Source: Monocercomonoides exilis PA203 (taxonomy: Eukaryota; Protista; Preaxostyla). From it: 64,000 nucleotides of DNA. Both the position numbers and the translations under genes were made by a program. Every line of letters begins with the position of its first letter. The first letter of the stretch is position 1. The stretch is from positions 1,116,001-1,180,000 of the forward strand of contig LSRY02000018.1 in the NCBI GenBank assembly GCA_001643675.2, written 5' to 3'. The notes beneath the pieces are model-generated. The model was given only the letters and a program-made list of their open reading frames with translations. It was not told the origin of the DNA and ran no database searches. Below, piece after piece: positions 48,931 through 61,400 of the stretch.

Positions 48931-49789
48931 GAGTTTGACCTGACTTGTCCTGACGGGCATGACCGTCACTGACGATCTAAAATTCCTTATTTGACAATTC
49001 GTCAGTATCCCATAGAAACTTTTTTTTATAAGTGATATAAACGACGATTCATGATTTTCTTGTGCAAAAAAATATTTGAGGATAACATAAAATAAAATAT
49101 TTTATTTTTTTGAGTTTAAACGAGATTATTTTTCTTCAAAAATATTACTGACGTGGAATTTTTTCCGAGTCCGTCAGAATTGAAAATTTTCACGTCAGTA
49201 GTCATTACGTCACACAGGTTTATAGTGGGCATTTCAATATCGGTAAAAAAAAATTGGATTCATACATTTTTATTTATTTGAACCATAACTGATGAATGCA
49301 ATAATGATATTTCGATAGTGGTTATAAATTACAGCGATTCAAAACACAAAAACCTATATTTGAAATCCAATTTTCATATTTATATGGAAAACTTCCCCAT
49401 TTCAAATAAAAAGACCCAAATCAATTGATGAAATATTAAGTTTTCGTTAAACATAACCACAACATATTCATTGACAATGGATAAATCTTTTTTGTGGAAT
49501 ATGGTACTTAAAAGCCACCTAACCAAATTAAAGATAAACTTGAGCTCATATGTTTAAAGCACATTTGAAAAGATAATTCAATCATTTATCAGTGGAAAAA
49601 ACAGATTTTTAAGAATAAAATTTTGATCAACCCATAAAAAAATTCAAAATATTTGTGCACAATATTTTAGGTTTTAATATTGATGAGTATATTTATTATA
49701 CAAAAAACATTAACCAATGTCAATTATTTAATCATTTGATGGAGGAAATACAGAATTTGTTGAAAAATTTTTACGATAATGCAGAAACA

Positions 49790-50980
49790 ATGCAATATTA
49801 TCACTACAATGTGATAAGCACTGTCAGAAGATGCTCAATAGCAACTTGTCGTTCATTAATGATTTCTATTTGAGGAAGAAAAGGAAAATGGTTCTTCAGA
49901 TGCCACAAATGCCGAAAAGATATCTCTTATAGGACATGAACTCAGTTTTCAAAATCGAAACTCACAATTTCAAATCTATTTCTGATTCTTTACTTCTTCC
50001 ACCATCATCTCAATATAAAACAAGCATCATCTCTCACTTCACGTAAAAGACACAGTGTTTCTTTTAATTATTGTGTTCTTTGGAGAACATGTGTTATGAT
50101 GATTGGTGGAATTCAAACTCCTATTGGAGGTCGTGGCTGCATTGGAGAAATTGACGAAGCTGTTTGGAGAAGGAGAAAATTAAATAGTAGTTTTATGCAC
50201 TTTTAGTTGGATCTTAATTATAAATTGCACTTAATATGCTTGTCCGTGCAAAGAAGCAAATTCGAGTTTTTGAAGCTCATGAACGCGGAGGAAAAGCATT
50301 TGTTTTTACTGATTCCAATCGATTAACTTCGGTTTTAATTCCGTTAATAAAAAAATATATTCTTCTTAGAACAAAAATTCACTCTGATCAATGGAAAGCA
50401 TATTCTTCTTTGAGTGAGAATGGATTCACATACAAAACTGTCAATTATTCCGATTATTTTGTTGGATCTTTTTTTTTGCCTTTTTTATCAAATGTTATTT
50501 CAAACTTATTTAGATCCAGTCACAGATGCTAGCACAAATCATATTGAAGCATTGTGGGCTGAACTTCGGAAATTCATGCCTTCACATGGAGTGAAACAAA
50601 ATGGAATTCAAGAATATATCTATTCATTTTTGTTTTTCGAAAATCAAAAAGTTAATTTTTCTATTTTAGTGTAGAATGCTATGTTACACAACGATGAAGA
50701 ATACAAAGCTCTTGAGGATGAAGCTTTTGGTCCAGAAGAAGAGGAAGAAGATGCTGGAGCTGAAATGTTACACGAAAAAGAATTTTCAGAATCAGATAAT
50801 GAACATAAAATAGATTCATCATTTGATGGGGCTGGGGATGGAGCTGATGCATCTGAATGGGAGGTTGATAAAAACCGATTTTTCCCCACATCATTCTTCT
50901 TTAAAAAAAGAAAAGAAAGAAACGATATGGGCGATTATTTTTGTAATCAATTTTTTGTATCAAAAATTTCTGTTTCTTAA
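49790..50980 (+). mobile_element. Degenerate Merlin (IS1595/ISXO2-like) DDE transposase with intron relics
   Basis: Zn-ribbon CSIATC..FRCHKC, 'IGGRGCIGEIDEA', 'IHSDQWKAYSSL..GFTYKTVNYS..FV' and 'DPVTDASTNHIEALW'. In-frame stops at 49871, 49937 and 50672. Confidence 0.88.
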
Positions 50981-51336
50981 TTATGTTATAAAAATGTTAT
51001 TGATGGACACAGAAAAGTGATGACAACAATCAAAAACATCTTTGTCTTTCTTTTTCATCAACTATTAGCTTTTGAAACGATTGAAAAACAACTTTATTTC
51101 GAAAGATGATTATTTGGCAAATGATAATGAATTTTCAAAATAACTAACATCCCGAAAAAAGTTATGATTTCAAAAATAATCACCCATATGCACTCTTTGA
51201 TTATTTCTTTGTTTGATATGGTTTTGTGATGTGGTTTATAAGAACCATTTGTCTCTCTGTTTTGTTAATAAAAAAGTTCAAATTTCAAAAAAAAATATCC
51301 AGACTGGAAATGAACACTGAAAAAGAAACATTTTTT

Positions 51337-51500
51337 TTTTAATTTTAATTTTAATTTTTATTTTTATTTTTATTTTATTTTATTTTATTTTATTTTATTT
51401 TATTTTATTTTATTTTATTTTATTTTATTTTATTTTATTTTATTTTATTTTATTTTATTTTATTTTATTTTATTTTATTTTATATTTATTTATTTTTTTA
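51337..51500 (+). repeat. (TTTTA)n microsatellite
   Basis: Long near-perfect pentanucleotide array. Confidence 0.95.
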
Positions 51501-52304
51501 GTTGTTGTATCCCTTCTTCTGTTATTTTTTGTGAAAAATAAGTGTTGTTTGAATAAAGCACTCGATTATTTTCCACAGTGAATTTTTCATACAATTTTTT
51601 TTTTGAAATAGTTTTCCTTATTTACCAAACGCATTGTTGAATTTTTTTTTGTTTCGCATTTCTTGTTCACATCAAAAAATAAAAATAACTTATTTATGAA
51701 AAAACAATATTGAAAAAAAGATTACAACAATAGAAACACACTTTTATTTTCAAAGATATAAAAATTTCAATCCTCCATCCACCCCTCTTCCATTTCCTCC
51801 CCACATGACAAATCTTACAAGGACTGAAGTTATTAATTTTCTTCAGTTCACATAAAAATCATGAAGATGTGAAAACTTTTCCAAAAATGGAATTTAATCA
51901 ACAATTCAAATGTCAAAAACAAATCAATACAATAATTTTGTTCATTCACTACATAAAATTTTAAAAACAGTTTCGTTGATAGAATGAAAACATTTTGTCC
52001 AGCTGTTGAGCATAAGATTTTATTTTTGCTTAAATTTTTTCAAAAATTCAAATAATTAACAATTTCATTTTTAAAGCATCAAGAATTGCTTTTGATGGAT
52101 TTTTTTTTGATGATTGCATCGAAAAGCAATAAACAAAAACGAAAAATACACCTTCATACAACATAAGAAATGAATCAAATTATTAAGGAAAAGTACAACA
52201 CAATGCAACATATTTGCATTCTTATATATATACTTCTACAACCTAACATCACATTCATTTCGTATTCATAATTTACAAACACACACAAAGAAAATTATAA
52301 ATAA

Positions 52305-53651
52305 TTACTTCTTTTGAGCTTTTGCAGCAGCTTTTGTAACTTTAGCATCGCGGCTCTTCTTGACAACTGATCGAATAACTCCAACAGCAACAGTTGCTCT
52401 CATATCACGAACAGCGAAACGACCAAGTGGAGGATATTCAGTGAATGCCTCAACAACCATGGGCTTTGATGGAACCAATTCAACAAGAGCGGAATCTCCG
52501 GTCTTGATGAACTTGGGGTTCTCTTCTTGGACTTTGTTGGTACGACGATCAATTTTTGCTGTGATCTCCTTGAATTTACATGCAATGTGAGCTGTGTGGC
52601 AATCCAAAACTGGAGTGTATCCGTTTGAGATTTGACCTGGGTGAGACATGACAATAACCTGGGCAACGAATGATTCAGCTTCCATTGGCGGATCTTGCTT
52701 GGAATCTCCAGCAACATTACCACGACGGATATCTTTAACTGAAACATTTTTGACATTGAACCCAACATTATCACCAGGCACAGCTCGTTCAAGTGCTTCA
52801 TGATGCATTTCAACTGATTTTACTTCAGTTGTGATTGCAGCTGGAGCAATTGTGACAACCATGCCGGGAGTCAAAACACCAGTTTCAACACGACCGACAG
52901 GGACTGTTCCGATACCTCCGATCTTGAACACATCCTGAATTGGAAGACGCAGAGGCTTGTCAATTGGTCTCTTTGGAACTTCCAAGTTGTCAAGAGCATC
53001 AAAGAGAATATCTCCCTTGTACCATGGCATGTTCGTGGATCTTTCAAGCATGTTATCTCCATGGAATCCAGAGATTGGAATGACTGGGATTTTATCTGGG
53101 TTGTATCCAATCTTCTTCAGATAGTTGCGCATTTCACCCTTGATTTCATTGAAACGAGCTTCGCTGTAGTTGACAGATTTGTCGTCCATCTTATTAACAA
53201 GAATAATCATTTGTCTAACTCCAAGAGTGTAAGCAAGAAGAGCGTGCTCACGAGTTTGTCCATCCTTTGAAATACCGGCTTCAAATTCACCAACGTTAGC
53301 AGCGACGACAAGAAGAGCAACATCAGCTTGTGATGTTCCTGTGATCATGTTCTTGATGAAATCTCTATGTCCTGGAGCATCAATGATGGTGAAGTAGTAT
53401 TTGTTGGTTTCGAATTTCCACAAAGCGATATCAATGGTGATACCACGTTCACGCTCAGCCTTCAATTTATCGAGCACCCAGGCATATTTGAATGAAGCCT
53501 TTCCGATTTGATCGGCTTCTTGCTCAAATTTTTCAATTGTACGCTTATCGATTCCACCACATTTGTAGATCAGATGTCCAGTGGTTGTGGATTTACCAAC
53601 ATCAACATGACCAATAACAACAAGATTGATATGAGCTTTCTCTTTTCCCAT
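52305..53651 (-). CDS. EEF1A: Translation elongation factor 1-alpha, intronless
   Basis: [43 protein letters not shown] and [10 protein letters not shown]. It lacks the opisthokont-type insertion after WYKG. Confidence 0.99.
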   Translation of the reverse strand: MGKEKAHINLVVIGHVDVGKSTTTGHLIYKCGGIDKRTIEKFEQEADQIGKASFKYAWVLDKLKAERERGITIDIALWKFETNKYYFTIIDAPGHRDFIKNMITGTSQADVALLVVAANVGEFEAGISKDGQTREHALLAYTLGVRQMIILVNKMDDKSVNYSEARFNEIKGEMRNYLKKIGYNPDKIPVIPISGFHGDNMLERSTNMPWYKGDILFDALDNLEVPKRPIDKPLRLPIQDVFKIGGIGTVPVGRVETGVLTPGMVVTIAPAAITTEVKSVEMHHEALERAVPGDNVGFNVKNVSVKDIRRGNVAGDSKQDPPMEAESFVAQVIVMSHPGQISNGYTPVLDCHTAHIACKFKEITAKIDRRTNKVQEENPKFIKTGDSALVELVPSKPMVVEAFTEYPPLGRFAVRDMRATVAVGVIRSVVKKSRDAKVTKAAAKAQKK

Positions 53652-54746
53652 GTTTGATTACCCAAGTTCAAGATTTGATATGTTTGATAGATATTTACTC
53701 TCTTCTTAAATAAAAATGCCCATTATATTTTTAATGAAAATCAACTCAGTTTCTTTTCAAAATTTTCAAAATTATTATTAAAATTGAGTATTTCAAAAAG
53801 AAAGTATAATTTTTCAAAAATTTTAACAACATCGCAATTGATAATAATGATAAAAATAATACTATTTTTGAAGAAAATGCATTTTTTTTCAAACATATAA
53901 TTTCTCACAAATCTTTTTCTTATTTCTGGACCCTCTCTCTTCTTTATTTTCTGTATTGTGCAATCTATATTATTTATATGCAATTATTTCACATAATGAT
54001 TGCATTGCTTGTTCATTTCCTCGGATGATGATATACAAATATATATTAAGAATTTTGAATTTGAAACAAAGAATTTCAAATCACATCAATGAACCAAAGG
54101 ATCAATATTTCTACAAACGAAATCTTCATTTCATTTGGAAAAGAGAAGAGTAAGCAGTAAACTTTGAAAGCCTGATTTTTTACAAGTGTTATTTGTTTGA
54201 CTCTTTTTCAGGAAAGAATTATCTCTTACTTGATTCTTTAAAAGTTTCCCACTTGAAGAAAAGATACAACAACATTATTTCTAAAACAGGCACACTTTCT
54301 ACCTCCATCAAGCACAGTGACAAACACATAAGTATTTTTAAAGTCATTTTTCATTATTCTTTGTCAATATGAAAAAGGATATTGAAGAGAAAATGAATAA
54401 CAGAATAAGCCATTTTGAGGTTCCAGCATACGCTAAAGATTTTTGTAATATATGAATTGACTCAAACATTAAAGTCATCAACAAATCATGATCAATAGTA
54501 AATGAAAATGAAGAGAAAGAAAGGAAGATTGTAAAAAGAAAAAATTGAGGCAATCAAACAAAAAATGGAAAAATCAATGTAAAAAATTTTAATAATTGAA
54601 ATAACAACAAAGTTGCATTACGAAAAAGAATAGTACTTACTCTCTCTGAAAAATTAAGCAAAGAAATATTTTACTCGAAAATAGAAGCGAAGTGATAATT
54701 CAAAAAAAAAAAAAAAAAAACAAAGAAAATTAAAAAATTAAATATC

Positions 54747-56150
54747 TCACAAATAGATACGAAATTCATCTAAATCTTTAATCAAAGGAATACAAGCATT
54801 CATTTCTTTAAGCATGCAATGGATCATCCCAGCGATACAATCTTCAAAACCCTCTTCCTCCAAAATATCAAATATATTTCTTTTTGTCTCTTTTCTTTTT
54901 CGATTCGAACATTCCTTTTCACACTTATGTTTCAATCTTTCGCAAAGGACTTTGATAATGTCCAAGCATTTTTTAGCTACAACATTAATTGCATCAAAAC
55001 GGATTGATTTCTTTAAAACAACATCGATTGCTCCACTTTTCAACAAGTCATTATCTTCCATTGACTTTGACATCGCCACATATCTGATTGAAGTTATGCA
55101 TTGGTTGCTAACATCTTCGAAGTTATCATCAGCCACTCGAAACATCCTCACAACACAGTTTATAAGACCAACAAATTCCTCTTTCCCAGTGAAATACCAA
55201 AAAAACGTGCTAATTGTAACAATCCATCTTGAAATTATCCATGCTTCTTTCCTTTCTTTCCCCTCTTTTTCTTCTTCGCTTTTCCAATTTACACATTTTG
55301 ACAGTTCTTCCAATTCTCTTTTTGCTTCTCTCACAAAATGCAATTCATTGACAATCGCATCTTCCAAACTTTTATCTTTGTAATGTCTGTTTATCAAAAA
55401 TTCCCAAGCAGATTGATAAGCAAGCCTTGTGAGGTTGCGATGCTCCTGATGATATTGAATTGTCTCTTTGATTTCAGGAAGATAAATTTTTTGCTCCATT
55501 TCCTACTCAAAAGAATAAAGTTTCATTATATGAACAAAAATTTTGTAATAACGCACTTGATAATGACAAATACTGCCAAGAGCCGTCAAAGTCATTTCCA
55601 CTTCCTTTTTAGTCTCTTCGTTCACTTCCTTGTTTAATGCTATTTTCAGAATACAATGCAGACATTTTGTGAGAAATTTTTTGGGGATCTCAAATCCATG
55701 AATCATCAGATAGCATGAGTAAAGATCAACAAGCAGCTTTTCGTTTCTTCTTTTTCTTCTCTTCTTCTCTTCTTTTGCAATCATTTTCTCGAAACTTTCG
55801 TGCAACATCAAATCGAAAACAATTCTGAGATCTTGGTAAATTGGTTTACAATATTCGACGCGGTTCAACAGCAAAATGGTATTTTCAGTTGATAATTTCT
55901 TTTCCACAATCATTTTTTCGACTTTTTTTGAACATTTCCATTGTGAAAATGGATTTAAATTCGTTATAGTTCATTCCATCTATGAATACATTCATTTCTT
56001 CAATTTTTTGTTTTTGCTCATTTTCAGGGTAGTGTTCAAGCTCAGAAAACAATTCTTCAAAAACAAATAAAAAAAACTGTAATTATCAAATATTCATTGC
56101 ATAAATTATTGCAAACTTGAAAAATTTTCGGTGAGGCTCATCTCTTGCAT
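54747..56150 (-). CDS. Lineage-specific helical family, paralog 2; apparent +1 frameshift in an A7 run (55923-55929)
   Basis: FEELFSELEH.., EVEMTLTALGSI, YHQEHRNLTRLAYQSAWEFLI and LEEEGFED. The upstream frame joins ORF 55503-55913 only if one A is removed. Confidence 0.65.
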
Positions 56151-56907
56151 TTTTGAAAAATTAAAGAATTAGGAAAGCAACATGATTTATCAATTTATAT
56201 GAAAAAAGAATTCACAGACAAAGAAAAAACAAATGAAGAAAATAACATTGAACATCCATTAATATACAAGTTCTCAGACTATTCTTTTTTGAATCAATGT
56301 TTCTACAAGAAAATTTTGAATAAAACAATGCTAAATCTTTTCACATTTGTTGTAATGGATCCTCTGATCATTCAATTTAAAAGAGAATAAAAGTTTTTTG
56401 AAATAAAAAAGATAACTTTAATTTCATTCTTTCATGAAATTTCATTTTTTAAAAAAATGATTTGCGCAATTCCATGATTGAGGAGCACTGAATTCAATAT
56501 TATGCGTGATAACAAATTTGTGTTCAACAACAACTATTCGTCAGCTTAATGTTAATTTTTGTTTTTGTATTTCGTTTTGTTCATATCAAAAGTTATTATT
56601 ATTTTATTTTTGAATAGCCATTATAAATTTTTAATTCTTTCAAAGATACTTTATATTTCTTTATTTTCCTGCTTTTACTTCATTTAAGCAATAAAATTAG
56701 TGAATTTATTTATATTATGAGCTTTCACCAGAAATTATTTTTTCCGTGAAAATGATTGTAGATTTTTACAAAACTCATCATTTCGAAATAACTGTTAAAC
56801 GGGCTGTAAATGCTGTCATATTTTGTTTTCTGATTGACTTTTTCATATGTTTGTTTTTTTCAACTTTTCTTTTCATAATTTTTCCGATTTCTTTTACATT
56901 ATTGAGA

Positions 56908-57609
56908 ATGCTGAATATTCTTCTTTCATTCGCTGCACTCGTAGCTTGCCAAGGATTTGATTGCGGTTGCTCACCGTGCTCTTTTCCATCTTTCTCTAGT
57001 GGATGCGGTGGAAGTTCATGTGCACCACCTCCACCACCTCCACCGCCACCATGCCCAGCTCCAGCTCCATCCCCATGTGCTTCACAAGCAACCTTTGTTG
57101 TCCCAGTGACTTATTCTGCTCCATCTCCTTGCCAGCTCCCTCCTCCTCCTCGCCATGAAGCTGCTGCAGATCAGTTTAATTTCCATCGCGATTCTGCAAA
57201 TTGCCAAGGAGCTCAAGACAGCATGCGCGCCAATGCAAATGATCATAGTTGCAATTCACGAAATGCTGATGTTGCAAGCTGCGACAACGCTAGAGTGAAG
57301 GCTGATGCAAATTTGTGCTCAAACAACAACCAGTTCACTGAATCAAACTTCGATGAAGTTTTGTGCCACAAGAAGAAAGCACGCACAGAATGCGGTGATT
57401 CATCTGCTCGTTCAGCAAACATTGACATGGATGCCGGAAAGAATTGCCGTGCTGCACAGAGATACAACGATAACAGACAAAATCAATTCTGTGCTGGTCG
57501 TGATAACAGCTGCCGTGCTGAAGACAGCTGCCACAACGATATTAATGGATGCAGATCAAGATCAAATTGCTTCACTCCACGTGGATTTGACTATTCCCAA
57601 TATTTCTAA
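56908..57609 (+). CDS. Small secreted Cys/Pro-rich then Cys/Asn/Asp/Ala/Arg-rich protein (233 aa), candidate structural or cyst-wall protein
   Basis: Signal MLNILLSFAALVAC, poly-Pro segment and scattered Cys. Codon choice resembles EF-1alpha (GCT, CCA, TGC). Confidence 0.8.
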   Translation: MLNILLSFAALVACQGFDCGCSPCSFPSFSSGCGGSSCAPPPPPPPPPCPAPAPSPCASQATFVVPVTYSAPSPCQLPPPPRHEAAADQFNFHRDSANCQGAQDSMRANANDHSCNSRNADVASCDNARVKADANLCSNNNQFTESNFDEVLCHKKKARTECGDSSARSANIDMDAGKNCRAAQRYNDNRQNQFCAGRDNSCRAEDSCHNDINGCRSRSNCFTPRGFDYSQYF

Positions 57610-58231
57610 ACATTTTGAATAACCTTGGGTTTTAGAAATTTATGTTTGTGCATCAAAAAATATTAATATGTATTCTCATTCATTCTCCCTATTGTTTGTG
57701 AGAGAAAGGAATCTTTTTGATATTCTTGTTTTTCCATCAACATCGTCAAAAATTCCAACAAATTTTTAACATTCCTGCATTTTTTTTTGTTTTTTTTATT
57801 CGAAACAAACAAACAAACAAACAAATAAATAAAAACCTTTTGCCACTCTATGAAAAAATTAAAATGTTAATTCAAAGTTGTAATTTAGAAAAGAATTATA
57901 AGAGCTGGTAATTCTTGTAAATAATGTTGTTGAACATAAGCTAAAATTTACAGAGATATGAATACTTCAAACTAACAGAATGAAAAGAAAAGAATAAAAT
58001 ATTAAGGAAATGAAAAAAATTAAAGATAACTTTACAATTTTCACTTTGCCAACAGATTTAAAATGAGAATAAATATCAAAATATTCTTTCTTTCACGAAA
58101 ATTAATAGTTGATTGTTGCAATTGATCTCATATAAATTATATTTTAACTCCAACATTATCAGATCCGTTTAAAATAAGAAAAAGAGAAACAATAAAAGAA
58201 GCAAAGAAGCAAGCAAGCATACAAACAAACA

Positions 58232-58278
58232 AAGAAGAAGAAGAAGAAGAAGAAGAAGAAGAAGAAGAAGAAGAAGAA
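58232..58278 (+). repeat. (AAG)n microsatellite downstream of the CLC gene
   Basis: Perfect trinucleotide run. Confidence 0.9.
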
Positions 58279-58499
58279 AAGAATATTTCCAAATGTTAAA
58301 GTTGAAAGAGGATAAATAATCAGTCAAAGATACAGACACATTTGGCAAGCCGATGTGCACCTCGAAACAATTCACGTTTCACATCCATTTAGCAACAACA
58401 AAATATGATTGTAATCTTTCTTATCATATTTATATATATGATGATGATGATGAGAAGAAGAAGATGAATAAATTTCTCCCACAATACTTACCATCAGCA

Positions 58500-61400
58500 T
58501 TATTCATTAAATTCATCCCTCAATATCAGAGGTGTTGCAGCACTTTCAACGTATTTAGAGCCATCACCCAAACTCCCCTCCGCATTCACCCCTTTCTGTC
58601 TCTTCATAATCATCTTCCTCTTCTCCTTAATCTTCTCTCTTTCTCTCTTCATCTCCTTTTCTTTCTCCTTCATCGCATTCTTTTCCCTCATCGCCACTTC
58701 CTTCTCATACGCAATCTGCTCCTTCTGCTGCGCTTTCTCTTTGCCCCACCGCTTCATCGCCTCCGCCAGCTCTGAAAAATCGCTCTTCCACACCACACCA
58801 ACATATTCTCCTTCTTCAGTGACCAAACAGAAAGACAGCTGAAGCAGATGGAAAAGAGAGTGTGCCTTGTGGAGAGAAGTTGAGCCAGACAGCTGAAAGG
58901 GCGAGGGATGCACAAGAACAAAACGGGAGAGCAAATTCACAACAGAAAAGTCGTCGTCACTCGACGACAGCTTCTGCACTGTGGCAGCAGTGACTGGCGT
59001 GTAGCATTCTTTCTTCTTTGTGCTGGTGAATGAAGGGGAGAGCTTGGAAGATGAGGGCGAGGAAGAAGAAAGAGAAGAAGAAGAAGAAGAAGAAGGGGCG
59101 GAAGGAGAGGAAGATGTTGAATGAGCTCTAAGCAGCTGTGTCTTTGTACGAGGAATTTCAGAAACAGAAGATGATTCATTTCTTTTTCTTTCATCTTTCT
59201 CCTTCTCTTTCTCCTTCTCTTTCTCTTTCCCTTTTCTATTCTCTCCTTCCCTTTTCATCTTCTCCCCCACCACCAGCGGCGGCGGAGGCACAGGCGCCCC
59301 CAGCACATCCTCTTCATCAGCAGGTGTAGCCACAAGCAGGCTCGTCTTCATTTCCATCATTTTATTCATCATTTTCCTTCTGCTCGTCTTTGGCAGTTTT
59401 CCTGTGAAATGTCTGGGCGCTTTAAAAGCTTGGATATTCTGCAGATTTGCTCCTTTGTCCACTGAAAGCTGGCCAACAAAGAAAGAACCAGTCCATTTGG
59501 ATGCTTTGCGCTCTTCTTCAGACAGAAAAGAAGGATTTGGAAGGGGAGAAGGTGAGGTGATGGTGGAAGAGGAGGAGGGGAAGGAAGAAGAAGAAGAAGA
59601 ATAAGGAGGAGGATGAGATGGAGGAGGAGGTGGTGGGGGAGGAGGAGGAGGGGGTGGAGCATAATTTGAAGAAGAAGAAGAAGAAGCAGTGGAAGAAAAG
59701 AAAGAAGTTGTTAGATGATTCATTTGAACCTGTTTTTGATTATCAGATTCATTAGCATTCTCATTCACTTCCTTCTCTTCCTCTTCTTCTTCCTCCGAAA
59801 CCTTCAGAATCCATCTCTTCATCCAGGACTCACTGAAATTATGAGGCCAAACTAGACTTCTTGGAGGAAGAGGAGTGGCTGGAATGTTCTTGGTGTGGGG
59901 GCAGAGGCTGAGGCGGGTGCATTTCTTTGAGAAAGAAGAAGAAGAAGAAGAAGAAGAGGAGGAGGAGGTGTTGAAAGGGAAAGGAGAAGGAGAGGAGAAG
60001 AAGGAGGTGGAAGAGGAAGAGGAAGAGGAAGAATATGTTGATGATGAATATGATGAAGATGAATTGTAAGTGGCAGGAGAAGGAGAGAGAGAAGGTGAAT
60101 TACCACTCGGTGAATGTAAATCTGCTCCTGCCCAGTTGCCGGCAAAAGAAGAAGAAGAAGAAGAAGAAGAATCGAATTGATGATTATATTGTGGTTGTGG
60201 TTGATGAATGGAAGAAGATGAGAAAGAAGAAGAAGAAGAAGAAGGAGAAGGAGAGAGAGAAAGAGAAAGAGAAGGAGAAGGAGGAGAAACAAACGTGATA
60301 TTAGAAGTGAAAGAAGCAAAAGAAGAAGAAGAAGAAGAAGAATAAAGAGAATGTTGAGAAAGGGCGTTGTTGATGCTGTCTTCATCAGCCACAATGAGAT
60401 CGGCAGAAGGGCGGAAGGAGCGGAAGAGAAGGGGAGGAGGAAGAGGAGAGGAAGGGAGACGTGGGAAGTGACGAATAAGAGAGGAAGAGGAGGAGGAGGA
60501 AGAAGAAGAAGGATAAGAAGAAGACAATGAAGACTGATGATGATTTAAAGAATTTTTATTTTGTTCTGTTTTCTGTCTATTTGCCATTGACAAAGCAGTA
60601 TTAACAATATTCTTTCTCTGCAACGCAATAGAATTATTAGGATATCTCGGGTGTGCAAAGAAAGTTGTCCAGAAATAAACTGATTTGGAGAATGCAAGAT
60701 GAGACGGGATGAATGGGAGTGTCAGCACATCTGCTGGGTTTGAGGGGTAACTGCGCGTGAAATAGAAAGAAGAAGGATGCTCTTTTGGGCGCGTGAAACA
60801 CAGCGGACGGATGAAATTGTGCTCGCTGGTGAGTTTTGCGCTGCCTAATTTGGCTTCTCTGCTCAATTGGTTGGAAAGATACGTGTGAAGATCTTCGCCT
60901 TCAATAATATCTTTCTCTCTTCTCCTCTGAATAAGCCTCTTTCTTCTTCTTTTCCCTTCTTTTCCATCTTTTTCTCTTATTTTTCCGCTTTTTCCTTCTT
61001 CTTTTTCTCCTCCTTTTCCCAACATATCATCATATTCCCCTCTTCCACTTTTATACCCTCTTTCTATTTGATTTCCCCTTATTTCAATTTCTTTTCCCCT
61101 TTCTCCATTCGTTTCATTGTCTTCCTTTTCTTCTCCTCCATCCAAAAATGGGGGAGAAACATAAGAAGAATCAGAAAATGCTGATTTTTTTTGATTTTTC
61201 TTGTTTATTTGATTTTTCTGTGTGAATTCACTGCCAGCCAATGCTTCAGCCATTCTCTGCTTAGATTCATCACTCAAAGTGCCTATATTATTCGAGTTAT
61301 TCGAGCTATGAGAAGAGGAAGAAGAAGAATTGGAAGAAGAAGATGTGCGTGAAGATTGAGAAAGAGTGGAAAAGGAATAAGAATGGACTAATTTCGAATG

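Larger units (their letters stand above)
45502..49222. mobile_element. Non-autonomous TIR DNA element (3,721 bp) with 8-bp TSD, carrying a captured host-gene fragment
   Basis: Left TIR TAAACCTGAGTGACG (45502-45516); right TIR CGTCACACAGGTTTA (49208-49222), 14/15 inverted match. Identical flanking TAGTGGGC at 45494-45501 and 49223-49230; clustered subterminal TGACG/CGTCA motifs. Confidence 0.88.

Noticed and set aside
49223-51320. Possible Merlin TIRs (AGTGGGCATTTC at 49224 versus GAAATGAACACT near 51307-51318)
   Set aside because: Only a weak partial match, with no matching TSD.
51770-51850. C-rich patch and ACTGAAG/CTTCAGT hairpin as a possible ncRNA
   Set aside because: The 7-bp stem lacks tRNA/snoRNA features and could be chance or a gene relic.
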